Assembly (NCBI RefSeq): GCF_009914755.1
Contig: NC_060928.1
Length of the DNA: 64,000 bases
Reading direction: 5' to 3' (one strand)
From: the human T2T-CHM13v2.0 reference genome, Homo sapiens
The translations under genes were made by a program, and so were the position numbers. Under the pieces are notes generated by a model. That model was given only the letters and a program-made list of their open reading frames with translations. It was not told the origin of the DNA and searched no databases. Numbering within the stretch: position 1 is the stretch's first letter; every line of letters starts with the position of its first letter. This document shows, in pieces, positions 44,864-59,800 of this stretch.

Positions 44864-47800
44864 TTGGGTACTTTCATGTTTTATGTACAGTGTATAATAC
44901 ATACTTTGGTCTCTTTGATGTTTTATGTACAGTATATAATACATACTTTGGGTTCTTTGATATTTTATGAACAGAAAATAATGCATAGTTTTAGGTACTT
45001 TTATATTTTATGTACAGTATATAATACATACTTTGGGTACTTTGATATTTTATGTACAGTATATAATACATACTTTGGGAACTTTGATATTTTATGTACG
45101 GTATATAATACATACTTTGGGTACTTTGATATTTTATGTACAGTATATAATACATGTTTTGGGTACTTTTATATTTCATGTACAGTATATAATATATAGT
45201 TTGGGTACTTTGATATTTTATGTACAGTATATAATACATAGTTTGGGTATTTTGATATTTTATGTACAGTATATAATACATACTTTGGGTACTTTGATAT
45301 TTTATGTACAGTATATAATATATAGTTTGGGTACTTTGATAATTTATGTGCAGTATATAACACATACTTTCGGTAGTTGGATATTTTATGTACAGTATAT
45401 AATACATACTTTGGGTACTTCGATATTTGATGTACAGTATACTATATATAGTTTGGGTACTTTGATATTTTATGTCGGGTACAAAATAAATAGTTTTGGT
45501 ACTTAGATATTTTATGTACAGTATATAGTTTGGGTACTTTGATATTTTATGTACAGTATATAATGCATAATTTGGGTACTTCAATAGTTTATGCACAGTA
45601 TATAATACATACTTTGGGTAATTTGATATTTTATGTACAGTATATAATGCATACTTTGGGTACTTTGATAGTTTATGTACAGTATACAATACATACTTTG
45701 GGTACTTTGATATTTTATGTACAGTATATAATATGTAGTTTGGGTATTTTGATATTTTAACTACAGTATATAATACATACTTTGGGTACTTTGATATTTT
45801 ATCTACAGTATATAATACATACTTTGGGTACTTTGATATATTATGTACAGTATATAATACATAGTTTGGTTACTTTGATATTTTTTGTACAGTATGTAAA
45901 ACATACTTTGGGGAGTTTGATATTTTATAAACAGTATATAATACACATTTTGGGTACTTTGATATTTTATGTACGGTATATAATACATAGTTTGGGTACT
46001 TTGATATTTTATGTATAGTATATAATTCATACTTTGGGTACTTTGATATTTTATGTACAGTATATAATACATACATTGGGTACTTCGATATTTTATGTGC
46101 AGTACCCTATATATAGTTTGGGTACTTTGATATTTTATGTCCAGTATAAAATAAATAGTTTTGGTACTTTGATATTTTATGTACAGTATATAGTTTGAGT
46201 ACTTTGATATTTAATGTTCAGTTTATTATAAATGTTTGGGTGCTTTCATATTTTATATACAGTATATAATACATACTTTGGGCACTTTGATATTTTCTGT
46301 ACAGTATATAATACATACCTTGGGTACTTTGATATTTTATGTACGGTATATAATTCATACATTGGGTACTTTGATATTTTATGTACAGTATATAATATAT
46401 AGTTTGGTTACTTTGATATTTTATATACATTATATAATATATATTATGTGTACTTTGAAAAATTATGTACAGTATATAATATATAGTATGGGTTGTTTGA
46501 TATTTTATGTACAGTATATAATATATAGTTTGGGTAGTTTGATATTTTTAGTAGAGTATGTAATATATAGTTTGTTTTATTTGATATTTTATGTACAGTA
46601 TACAATATATAGTATTGGTACTTTGATATTTCATGTAAAGTATATAGTTTGAGTACTTTGATATTTTATATGCAGTTTATTATAAATGTTTGGGTACCTT
46701 CATATTTTATGTACAGTATATAATACATACTTTGGGAACTTTTATTTTATGTGCAGTATATAATACATACTTTGGGTACTTTGATATTTTATGTACAGTA
46801 TATAATATATACTTTGGGAACTTTGATATTTTATGTACAGTATGTAAAACATACTTCGGGTACTTTGATATTTTATGTACAGTATATAATACATACTATT
46901 GGTACTTTGATATTTTATGTACATTATACAATATATAGTTTGAGTACTTTGATATTTTATGTCCAGGATAAAATATATAGATTTCGTACTTTGATATTTT
47001 ATGTACAGAATATAGTTTGAGTACTTTGATATTGTATGTACAATTTATTATAAAAGTTTGGGTACTTTCATATTTTACGTACAGTATATAATACATACTT
47101 TGGGCACTTTGATGTTTTATGTACAGTATATAATACATACTTTAGGTTCTTTTATATTTTATGTACAGCATATAATACAAAATTTGGGGACTTTTATATT
47201 TTATGTACATTATATAATACATACTTTGGGTACTTTTATATTTTATGTACGGTATATAATACATACTTTGGGTACTTTGATATATTATGTACAGTATATA
47301 ATACATACTTTGGGTACTTTGATATATTATGTACAGTATATAATACATACTTAGGGTACTTTGACATTTTATGTACAGTATATAATACATACTTTGGGTA
47401 CTTTGATATTTTATGAACAGTATATAAAACTTACTTTGGGTACTTTGATATTTTATGTACTGTATATAATACATACTTTGGGTACTTTTATATTTTATGT
47501 ACAGTATATAATATATAGTTTGGGTACTTTGATATTTTATGTACGGTATATAATACATACTTTGGGTACTTTGATATTTTATGTATAGTATATAATACAT
47601 ACTTTGGGTACTTTGATATTGTATGTACAGTATACAATATATAGTTTGAGTACTTTGATATTTTATGTACTGTATAAAATATATAGTTTTGGTACTTTGA
47701 TATTTTATGTATAGTATATAGTTTGAGTACTTTGATATTTTATGTACAGTTTTTTATAAATATTTGGGTGCTTTGATATTTTATGTACAGTATATAATAC

Positions 47801-50800
47801 ATACTAAGCGCACTTTGATATTTTATGTACAGTATATAATACATACTTTGGTTACTCTGATATTTTATGTACAGTGTATAATACATACTTTGGGTACTTT
47901 GATATTTTATGTACAATATATAATACATACGTTGGGAACTTTGATATATTATGTACAGAATATAATTCATACTTTGGGTACTTTGATATTTTATGTACAG
48001 TATATAATACATAGTTTGTGTACTTTGATATTTTATGTACAGTATATAATACATACTTTGGTACTTTGATATTTTATATACAGTATATAATACATACTTT
48101 GGGTACTTTCATATTTTATGTACAGTATATAATATATAGCTTGGGTACTTTGATATTTTTTCTACAGCTTATAATACATACTTTGGGTATTTTGATATTT
48201 TATGTACAGTATATAATACATACTTTGGGTAGTTTGATATTTTATGTACAGTATACAATATAGAGTTTGAGTACTTTGATATTTTATGTGCAGTATAAAA
48301 TATATAGTTTTGGTACTTTGATATTTTATGTACAGTTTATAGTTTGAGTACTTTGATATTTTATGTACAGTTTATTATAAATGTTTGGGTACTTTCATAT
48401 TTGATGTACAGTATATAATACATAATTTGGGCACTTTGATATTTTATGTACAGTATATAATACATACTTTGGGTACTTTGATATTTTATGTACAGTATAT
48501 AATACATACGTTGGTTATCTTGATATTTTATGTACAGTATATAATGCATACTTTGGGTACTTTGATATTTTATGTACAGTATATAATGCATACTTTGAGT
48601 ACTTTGATATTTTATATACAGTATATAACACATACTTTGGGTACTTTCATATTTTATGTACAGTATATAATACATACTTTGTGTAGTTTGATATTTTATG
48701 TACAGTATACAATATATAGTTTGAGTACTTTGTTATTTTATGTCCAGTATAAAATATATAGTTTTGGTAATTGATATTTTATGTACAGAATATAGTTTGA
48801 GTACTTTGATATTTTATGTACACTTTATTATAAATGTTTGGGTACTTTCATATTTTATGTACAGTATATAATACATACTTTGGTCTCTTTGATGTTTTAT
48901 GTACAGTATATAATACATACTTTGGGTTCTTTGATATTTTATGTACAGTATATAATACATACTTTGGGTACTTTGATATTTTATGTACAGTATATAATAC
49001 ATACTTTGGGAACTTTGATATTTTATGTACAGTATGTAATACATACTTTGGGTACTTTGATATTTTATGTACAGTATATAATACATATTATTGGTACTTT
49101 GATATTTTATGTCCAGTATAAAATACATAGATTTCATACATTGATATTTTATGTACAGAATATAGTTTGAGTACTTTGATATTTTATGTACACTTTATCA
49201 TAAAAGTTTGGGTACTTTCATATTTTACGTACAGTATATAATACATACTTTGGGCACTTTGATGTTTTATGTACAGTATATAATACATACTTTGGGTTCT
49301 TTGATATATTATGTACAGCATATAGTACATAATTTGGGGACTTTTATATTTTATGTACATTATATAATACATACTTTGGGTACTTTTATATTTTATGTAC
49401 GGTATATAATACATACTTTGGGTACTTTGATATATTATGTACAGTATATAATACATACTTTGGGTACTTTGATATATTATGTACAGTATATAATACATAC
49501 TTAGGGTACTTTGACATTTTATGTACAGTACATAATACATACTTTGGGTACTTTGATATTTTATGTACAGTATATAATACATACTTTGGGTACTTCGATA
49601 TTTTATGTACAGTATATAATACATATTTTGGTTACTTTTATATTTTATGTACAGTATATAATATATAGTTTGGGTACTTTGATATTTTATGTACGGTATA
49701 TAATACATACTTTGGGTACTTTGATATTTTATGTACGGTATATAATACATACTTTGGGTACTTTGATATTTTAACTACAGTATATAATACATACTTTGGG
49801 TACTTTGATATTTTATCTACAGTATATAATAGATACTTTGGGTACTTTGATATATTATGTACAGTATATAATACATAGTCTGGTTACTTTGGTATTTTTT
49901 GTACAGTATGTAAAACATTCTTTGGGGAGTTTGATATTTTATGAACAGTATATAATACACATTTTGGGTACTTTGATATTTTATGTACGGTATATAATAC
50001 ATACTTTGGGTACTTTGATATTTTATGTACAGTATATAATTCATACTTTGGGTACTTTGATATTTTATGTACAGTATATAATACATACATTGGGTACTTC
50101 GATATTTTATGTGCAGTACCCTATATATAGTTTGGGTACTTTGATATTTTATGTCCAGTATAAAATAAATAGTTTTGGTACTTTGATATTTTATGTACAG
50201 TATATAGTTTGAGTACTTTGATATTTAATGTTCAGTTTATTATAAATGTTTGGGTGCTTTCATATTTTATATACAGTATATAATACATACTTTGGGCACT
50301 TTGATATTTTCTGTACAGTATATAATACATACTTTGGGTACTTTGATATTTTATGTACGGTATATAATACATACATTGGGTACTTTGATATTTTATGTAC
50401 AGTATATAATGTATAGTTTGTTTACTTTGATATTTTATATACAGTATATAATATATACTATGTGTACTTTGATATATTATGTACAGTATATAATATATAG
50501 TATGGGTTGTTTGATATTTTATGTACAGTATATAATATATAGTTTGGGTAGTTTGATATTATTAGTACAGTATGTAATATATAGTTTGTTTTATTTGATA
50601 TTTTATGTACAGTATACAATATATAGTATTGGTACTTTGATATTTCATGTAAAGTATATAGTTTGAGTACTTTGATATTTTATATGCAGTTTATTATAAA
50701 TGTTTGGGTACCTTCATATTTTATGTACAGTATATAATACATACTTTGGGAACTTTTATTTTATGTGCAGTATATAATACATACTTTGGGTACTTTGATA

Positions 50801-53800
50801 TTTCATGTACAGTATATAATACACACTTTGGGTACTTTGATATTTTATATACAGTATATAATACACACTTCGGGTACTTTGATATTTTATGTACAGTATA
50901 TAATACATACTTTGGTAACTTTGATGTATTATGTACAGTATATAATACATACTTTGGGTACTTTGATATTTTATGTACAGTATATAATACATACTTTGGG
51001 TACTTTGATATTTTATGTACAGTATGTAATACATAATTTGGGTACTTTAATATTTTATGCATAGTATATAATACTTTGGGTACTTTGATATTTTATGGAC
51101 AGTGTATAATACATACTTTGGCTACTTTGATATTTTATGTACAGTATATAACATATAGTTTGGGTACTTTGATATTTTATATACAGTATATAATACATAC
51201 TTTGGGTACTTTGATATTTTATGTACAGTATATAATACATATTTTGGGTACTTTGATATTTCATGCACAGTATACAATATATAGTTTGAGTACTTTGATA
51301 TTTTATGTACTGTATAAAATATATAGTTTTGGTACTTTGATATTTTATGTACAGTATATAGTTTGAGTACTTTGATATTTTATGTACAGTTTGTTATAAA
51401 TGTTTGGGTGCTTTCATATTTTATGTACAGTATATAATACATACTTTGGGCACTTTGATATCTTATGTACAGTATATAATACATACTTTGGGTTCTCTGA
51501 TATTTTCTGTACAGTGTATAATACATAATTTGGGTACATTGATATTTTATGTACAGCATATAATACATACGTTGGGTACTTTGATATATTATGTACAGTA
51601 TGTAATACATACTTTGGGTAATTTGATATTTTATGTACAGTATATAATCCATAGTTTGTGTACTTTTATATTTTATGTACAGTATATAATACATAGTTTG
51701 GGTTCTTTGATATTTTATGTACAGTATATAATACATACTTTGGGTACTTTCATGTTTTATGTACAGTATATAATATATAGTTTGGGTACTTTGATATTTT
51801 ATCTACAGCTTACAATACTTACTTTGGGTAATTTGATATTTTATGTACAGTATATAATACATACTTTGGGTAGTTTGATATTTTATGTACTGTATACAAT
51901 ATATAGTTTGAGTACTTTGATATTTTATGTGCAGTATAAAATATATAGTGTTGGTACTTTGATGTTTTATGTACAGTATATATTTTGAGTACTTTGATAT
52001 TTTGTGTACAGTTTATTATAAATGTTTGGGTACTTTCATATTTGATGTACAGTATATAATACATAATTTGGGCACTTTGATATTTTATGTACAGTATATA
52101 ATACATACTTTGGGTACTTTTATATTTTATGTACAGTATATAATACATACTCTGGGCAGTTTGATATTTAATGTACAGTATATAAAACACACTTTGCGTA
52201 CTTTGATATTTTATGTAACGTATGTAATACATACTTTGGGTAGTTTGATATCTTATGTACAGTATGTAGTACACACTTTGGGTACTTTGATATTTTATGT
52301 ACAGTATGTGAAACATACTTTGGGTAGTTTGATATTTTATGATCAGTATATAATACACATTTTGGGTACCTTGATATTTTATGTACAGTATATAATACAT
52401 ACTTTGGGTACTTTGATATTTTATGTACAGTATATAATGCATACTTTAGGTAATTTGATAGTTTATGTACTGTATATAATACATACTTTGGGTACTTTGA
52501 TATTTTATGTACAGTATATAATACATAGTTTGGGTACTTTGATATTTTATGTACAGTATATAATACATACTTTGGGTACTTTGATATTTTATCTACAGTG
52601 TATAATATATACTTTGGGTACTTTGATATATTATGTACAGTATATAATACATATTTTGGGTACTTTGATATTTTATGTACAGTATATAATACATACTTTG
52701 GGTACTTTGATATTTTATGTACAGTATATAATACATACTTTCGGTACTTTGATATTTTATGTACAGTATATAATATATAGTTTGGGTACTTTGATATTTT
52801 ATGTACAGTATATAATATATAGTTTGGGTACTTTGATATTTTATGTACAGTATATAATACATACTTTGGGTACTTTGATATTTTATGTACAGTATATAAT
52901 ACATACTTTGGGTACTTTGATATTTTATGTACAGTATATAATATATAGTTTGGGTACTTTGATAATTTATGTACAGTGTATAACACATACTTTGGGTACT
53001 TTCATATTTTATGTACAGTATATAATACATACTTTGGGTACTTTGATATTTTATGTACAGTATATAATACATACTTTGGGAACTTTCATATTTCATGTAC
53101 ACTTTATAATATATAGTTTGGGTACTTTGGTATATTATGTACTGTATATAATACATACTTTGAGTACTTTGATATTTTATGTACAGTATATAATACATAC
53201 TTTGCGTACTTTGATATTTTATGTCCAGTATAGAATATATAGTTTTGGTAGTTTGATATTTTATGTACAGTATATAGTTTGAGTACTTTCACATTTTATG
53301 TACAATTTATTATAAATGTTTGGGTGTTTTCATATTTTATGTACTCTATATAATACATACATTGGGCACTTTGATATATTATGTACAGTATATAATACAT
53401 ACTTTGGGTACTCTGATATTTTATGTACAGTATATAATACACACTTTGGGTACTTTGATATTTTATGTACAGGATATAATGCATACTTTGGGTACTTTGA
53501 TAGTTTATGTACAGTATATAATACATACTTTGGGTACTTTGATATTTTATGTATAGTATAAAATATACAGTTTGGGTACTTTGATATTTTATGTACAGTA
53601 TGTAAAACATACTTTGGGGAGTTTGATATTTCATGTACAGTATGTAAAACATACTTTGGGGAGTTTGATATTTTATGAACAGTATATAATACACATTTTG
53701 TGTACTTTGATATTTTATGTACAGTATATAATACATACTTTGGGTACTTTGATATTTTATGTACAGTATATAATACATACTTTGGGTACTTTGATATTTT

Positions 53801-56800
53801 ATGTACAGTATACAATATATAGTTTGAGTACTTTGATATTTTATGTACTGTATAAAATATATAGTTTTGGTACTTTGATATTTTATGTACAGTATATAGT
53901 TTGAGTACTTTGATATTTTATGAACAGTTTGTTATAAATATTTGGGTGCTTTCATATTTTATGTACTGTATATAATACATACTTTGGGTACTTTGATATT
54001 TCATGTACAGTATATAATACACACTTTGGGTACTTTGATATTTTATGTACAGTATATAATACACACTTTGGTTACTTTGATATTTTATGTACAGTATATA
54101 ATACATACTTTGGGTGCTTTGATATATTATGTACAGTATATAATACATACTTTGGGTACTTTGATATTTTATGTACAGTATGTAGTACACACTTTGGGTA
54201 CTTTGATATTTTATGTACAGTATGTAAAACATACTTTGGGTACTTTCATGTTTTATGTACAGTATATAATATATAGTTTGGGTACTTTGATATTTTATGT
54301 ACGGTATATAATACATACTTTGGGTACTTTGATATTTTATGTACAGTATATAATACATACTTTGGGTACTTTGATATTTTATGTACAGTATACAATATAT
54401 AGTTTGAGTACTTTGATATTTTATGTACTGTATAAAATATATAGTTTTCGTACTTTGATATTTTATGTACAGTATATAGTTTGAGTACTTTGATATTTTA
54501 TGTACAGTTTTTTATAAATGTTTGGGTACTTTCATATTTTATGTACAGTATATAATACATACAAAGGGCACTTTGATATTTTATGTACAGTATATAATAC
54601 ATACTTTGGGTACTCTGATATTTTATGTACAGTGTATAATACATACTTTGGGTACTTTGATATTTTATGTACAATATATAATACATACGTTGGGAACTTT
54701 GATATATTATGTACAGTATATAATACATACTTTGGGTACTTTGATATTTTATCTACAGTATACAACACATAGTTTGTGTACTTTGATATTTTATGTACAG
54801 TATATAATACATACTTTGGGTACTTTGATATTTTATGTACAGTATATAATACATACTTTGGGTACTTTCATATTTTATGTACAGTATATAATATATAGTT
54901 TGGGTACTTTGATATTTTATCTACAGCTTATAATACATACTTTGGATACTTTGATATTTTATGTACAGTATATAATACATACTTTGGGTACTTTCATGTT
55001 TTATGTACAGTATATAATATATAGTTTGGATACTTTGATATTTTACCTACAGCTTATAATACTTACTTTGGGTAATTTGATATTTTATGTACAGTAGATA
55101 ATACATACTTTGGGTAGTTTGATATTTTATGTACAGTATACAATATATAGTTTGAGTACTTTGATATTTTATGTGCTGTATAAAATATATTGTGTTGGTA
55201 CTTTGATGTTTTATGTACAGTATATATTTTGAGTTCTTTGATATTTTGTGTACAGTTTATTATAAATGTTTGGGTACTTTCATATTTGATGTATAGTATA
55301 TAATACATAGTTTGTGTACTTTGATATTTTATGTACAGTATGTAAAACATACTTTGGGGAGTTTGATATTTTATGAACAGTATATAATACACATTTTGGG
55401 TACTTTGATATTTTATGTCCAGTATAAAATAAATAGTTTTGGTACTTTGATATTTTATGTACAGTATATAGTTTGAGTACTTTGATATGTAATGTACAGT
55501 TTATTGTAAATGTTTGGGTGTTTTCATATTTTATATACAGTATATAATACATACTTTGGGCACTTTGATATTTTCTGTACAGTATATAATACATACTTTG
55601 GGTACTTTGATATTTTATGTACGGTATATAATACATACATTGGGTACTTTGATATTTTTTGTACAGTATATAATATATAGTTTGGGTACTTTGATATTTT
55701 ATATACAGTATATAATATATATTATGTGTACTTTGATATATTATGTACAGTATATAATATATAGTATGGGTTGTTTGATATTTTATGTACAGTATATAAT
55801 ATATAGTGTGAGTACTTTGATATTTTAAGTACAGTATGTAATATATAGTTTGTGTTATTTGATATTTTATGTACAGTATACAATATATAGTATTGGTACT
55901 TTGAAATTTCATGTAAAGTATATAGTTTGAGTACTTTGATATTTTATATACAGTTTATTATAAATGTTTGGGTACCTTCATATTTTATGTACAGTATATA
56001 ATACATACTTTGGGAACTTTTATTTTATGTGCAGTATATAATACATACTTTGGGTACTTTGATATTTTATGTACAGTATATAATACACACTTTGGGTACT
56101 TTGATATTTTATGTACAGTATATAATACACACTTTGGGTAGTTTGATATTTTATGTACAGTATATAATACATACTTTGGGTACTTTGATGTATTATGTAC
56201 AGTATATAATACATACTTCGGGTACTTTGATATTTTATGTACAGTATATAATACATACTTTGGGTACTTTGATATTTTATGTACAGTATGTAATACATAA
56301 TTTGGGTACTTTAATATTTTATGTATAGTATATAATACATACTTTGGGTACTTTGATATTTTATGAACAGTGTATAATACATACTTTGGGTACTTTGATA
56401 TTTTATGTACAGTATATAACATATAGTTTGGGCACTTTGATATTTTATATACAGTATATAATACATACTTTGGGTACTTTGATATTTTATGTACAGTATA
56501 TAATACACACTTTGGGTACTTTGATATTTTATGTACAGTATATAATACACACTTTGGGTAGTTTGATATTTTATGTACAATATATAATACATACTTTGGG
56601 TACTTTGATGTATTATGTACAGTATATAATACATACTTTGGGTACTTTGATATTTTATGTACAGTATATAATACATACTTTGGGTACTTTGATATTTTAT
56701 GTACAGTATGTAATACATACTTTGGGTACTTTGATATTTTATGAACAGTGTATAATACATACTTTGGGTACTTTGATATTTTATGTACAGTATATAACAT

Positions 56801-59800
56801 ATAGTTTGGGCACTGTGATATTTTATATACAGTATATAATACATACTTTGGGTACTTTGATATTTTATGTACACTATATAATACATACTTTGGGTACTTT
56901 GATATTTTATGCACAGTATACAATATATAGTTTGAGTACTTTGATATTTTATGTACTGTATAAAATATATAGTTTTGGTACTTTGATATTTTATGTACAG
57001 TATATAGTTTGAGTACTTTGATATTTTATGTACAGTTTGTTATAAATGTTTGGGTGCTTTCATATTTTATGTACAGTATATAATACATACTTTGGGCACT
57101 TTGATATCTTATGTACAGTATATAATACATACATTGGCTACTCTGATATTTTATGTACAGTGTATAATACATACTTTGGGTACTTTGATATTTTATGTAC
57201 AGTATATAATACATACGTTGGGAACTTTGATATATTATGTACAGTATATAATACATACTTTGCGTACTTTGATATTTTATCTACAGTATACAACACATAG
57301 TTTGTGTACTTTGATATTTTATGTACAGTATATAATACATACATTGGGTACTTTGATATTTTATGTACAGTATATAATACATGCTTTGGGTACTTTCATA
57401 TTTTATGTACAGTATATAATATATAGTTTGGGTACTTTGATATTTTATCTACAGCTTATAATACATACTTTGGATACTTTGATATTTTATGTACAGTATA
57501 TAATACATACTTTTGGTACTTTCATGTTTTATGTACAGTATATAATATATAGTTTGGGTACTTTGATATTTTATCTACAGCTTATAATACTTACTTTGGG
57601 TAATTTGATATTTTATGTACATTATATAATACATACTTTGGGTAGTTTGATATTTTATATACAGTATACAATATATAGTTTGACTACTTTGATATTTTAT
57701 GTGCTGTATAAAATATATAGTGTTGGTACTTTGATGTTTTATGTACAGTATATATTTTGAGTACTTTGATATTTTGTGTACAGTTTATTATAAATGTTTG
57801 GGTACTTTCATATTTGATGTACAGTATACAATAGATAATTTGGGCACTTTGATATTTTATGTACAGTATATAATACATACTTTGGGTACTTTGATATTTT
57901 ATGTACAGTATATAATACATACTTTGGGTACTTTGATATTTTATCTACAGTGTATAATATATATTTTGGGTACTTTGATATATTATGTACAGTATATAAT
58001 ACATACTTTGGGTACTTTGATATTTTATGTACAGTATATAATACATACTTTCGGTACTTTGATATTTTATGTACAGTATATAATATATAGTTTGGGTACT
58101 TTGATATTTTATGTACAGTATATAATACATACTTTGGGTACTTTGATATTTTATGTACAGTATATAATACTTACTTTGGGTACTTTGATATTTTATGTAC
58201 AGTATATAATATATAGGTTGGGTACTTTGATAATTTATGTACAGTGTATAACACATACTTTGGGTACTTTGATATTTTATGTACAGTATATAATACATAC
58301 TTTGGGTACTTTGATATTTTATGTACAGTATACAATATATACTTTGACTACTTTGATATTTTATGTCCAGTATAGAATATATAGTTTTGGTAGTTTGATA
58401 TTTTATGTAGAGTATATAGTTTGAGTACTTTCACATTTTATGTACAGTTTATTATAAACGTTTGGGTGTTTTCATATTTTATGTACTGTATATAATACAT
58501 ACTTTGGGCACATTGATATTTTATGTACAGTATATAATACATACTTTGGGTACTCTGATATTTTATGTACAGTATATAATACATAATTTGGGTAGTTTGA
58601 TATTTTATGTACAGTATATAATACATACTTTGAGTGCTTTGATATATTATGTACAGTATATAATACATACTTTGGGTACTTTGATATTTTATGTACAGTA
58701 TACAATATATACTTTGACTACTTTGATATTTTATGTCCAATATAGAATACATAGTTTTGGTAGTTTGAAATTTTATGTACAGTATATAGTTTGAGTACAT
58801 TGATATTTTATGTACACTTTAGTATAAATGTTTGGATACTTTCATATTTTATGTACAGTATATAATACATACTTTGGGCACTTTGATATTTTATGTACAG
58901 TATACAATACATACTTTGGGTACTTTGATATTTTATGTACAGTATATAATACATAATTTGGGTACTTTGATATTTTATGTACAGTATATAATGCATACTT
59001 TGGGTACTTTGATGTTTTATGTACAGTATATAATACATACTTAGGGTACTTTGACATTTTATGTGCAGTATATAATACATACTTTGGATACTTTGTTATT
59101 TTAAGTACAGTATGTAATACATACTTTGGGTACTTTGATATTTTATGTACAGTATATAATACATACTTTGGTACTTTTATATTTCATGTACAGTATATAA
59201 TATATAGTTTGGGTACTTTGATATTTTATGTGCAGTATATAATACATACTTTGGGTACTTTGATATTTTATGTACGGTATATAATACATACTTTGGGTAC
59301 TTTGATATATTATGTACAGTATATAATACATACTTTGGGTACTTTGATATATTATGTACAGTATATAATACATACTTAGGGTACTTTGACATTTTATGTA
59401 CAGTACTTAATACATACTTTGGGTACTTTGATATTTTATGTACAGTATATAATACATACTTTGGGTACTTTGATATTTTATGTACAATATATAATACATA
59501 CGTTGGGTACTTTGATATTTTATGTACAGTATATAATACATATTTTGGGTAGTTTTATATTTTATGTACAGTATATAATATATAGTTTGAGTCCTTTTTT
59601 TTATGTACTGTATAAAATATATAGTTTTGATACTTTGATATTTTATGTACAGTATATAGTTTGAATACTTTGATATTTTATGTACAGTTTTTTATAAATG
59701 TTTGGGTGCTTTCATATTTTATGTACAGTATATAATACATACAAAGGGCACTTTGATATTTTATGTACAGTATATAATACATACTTTGGGTACTCTGATA

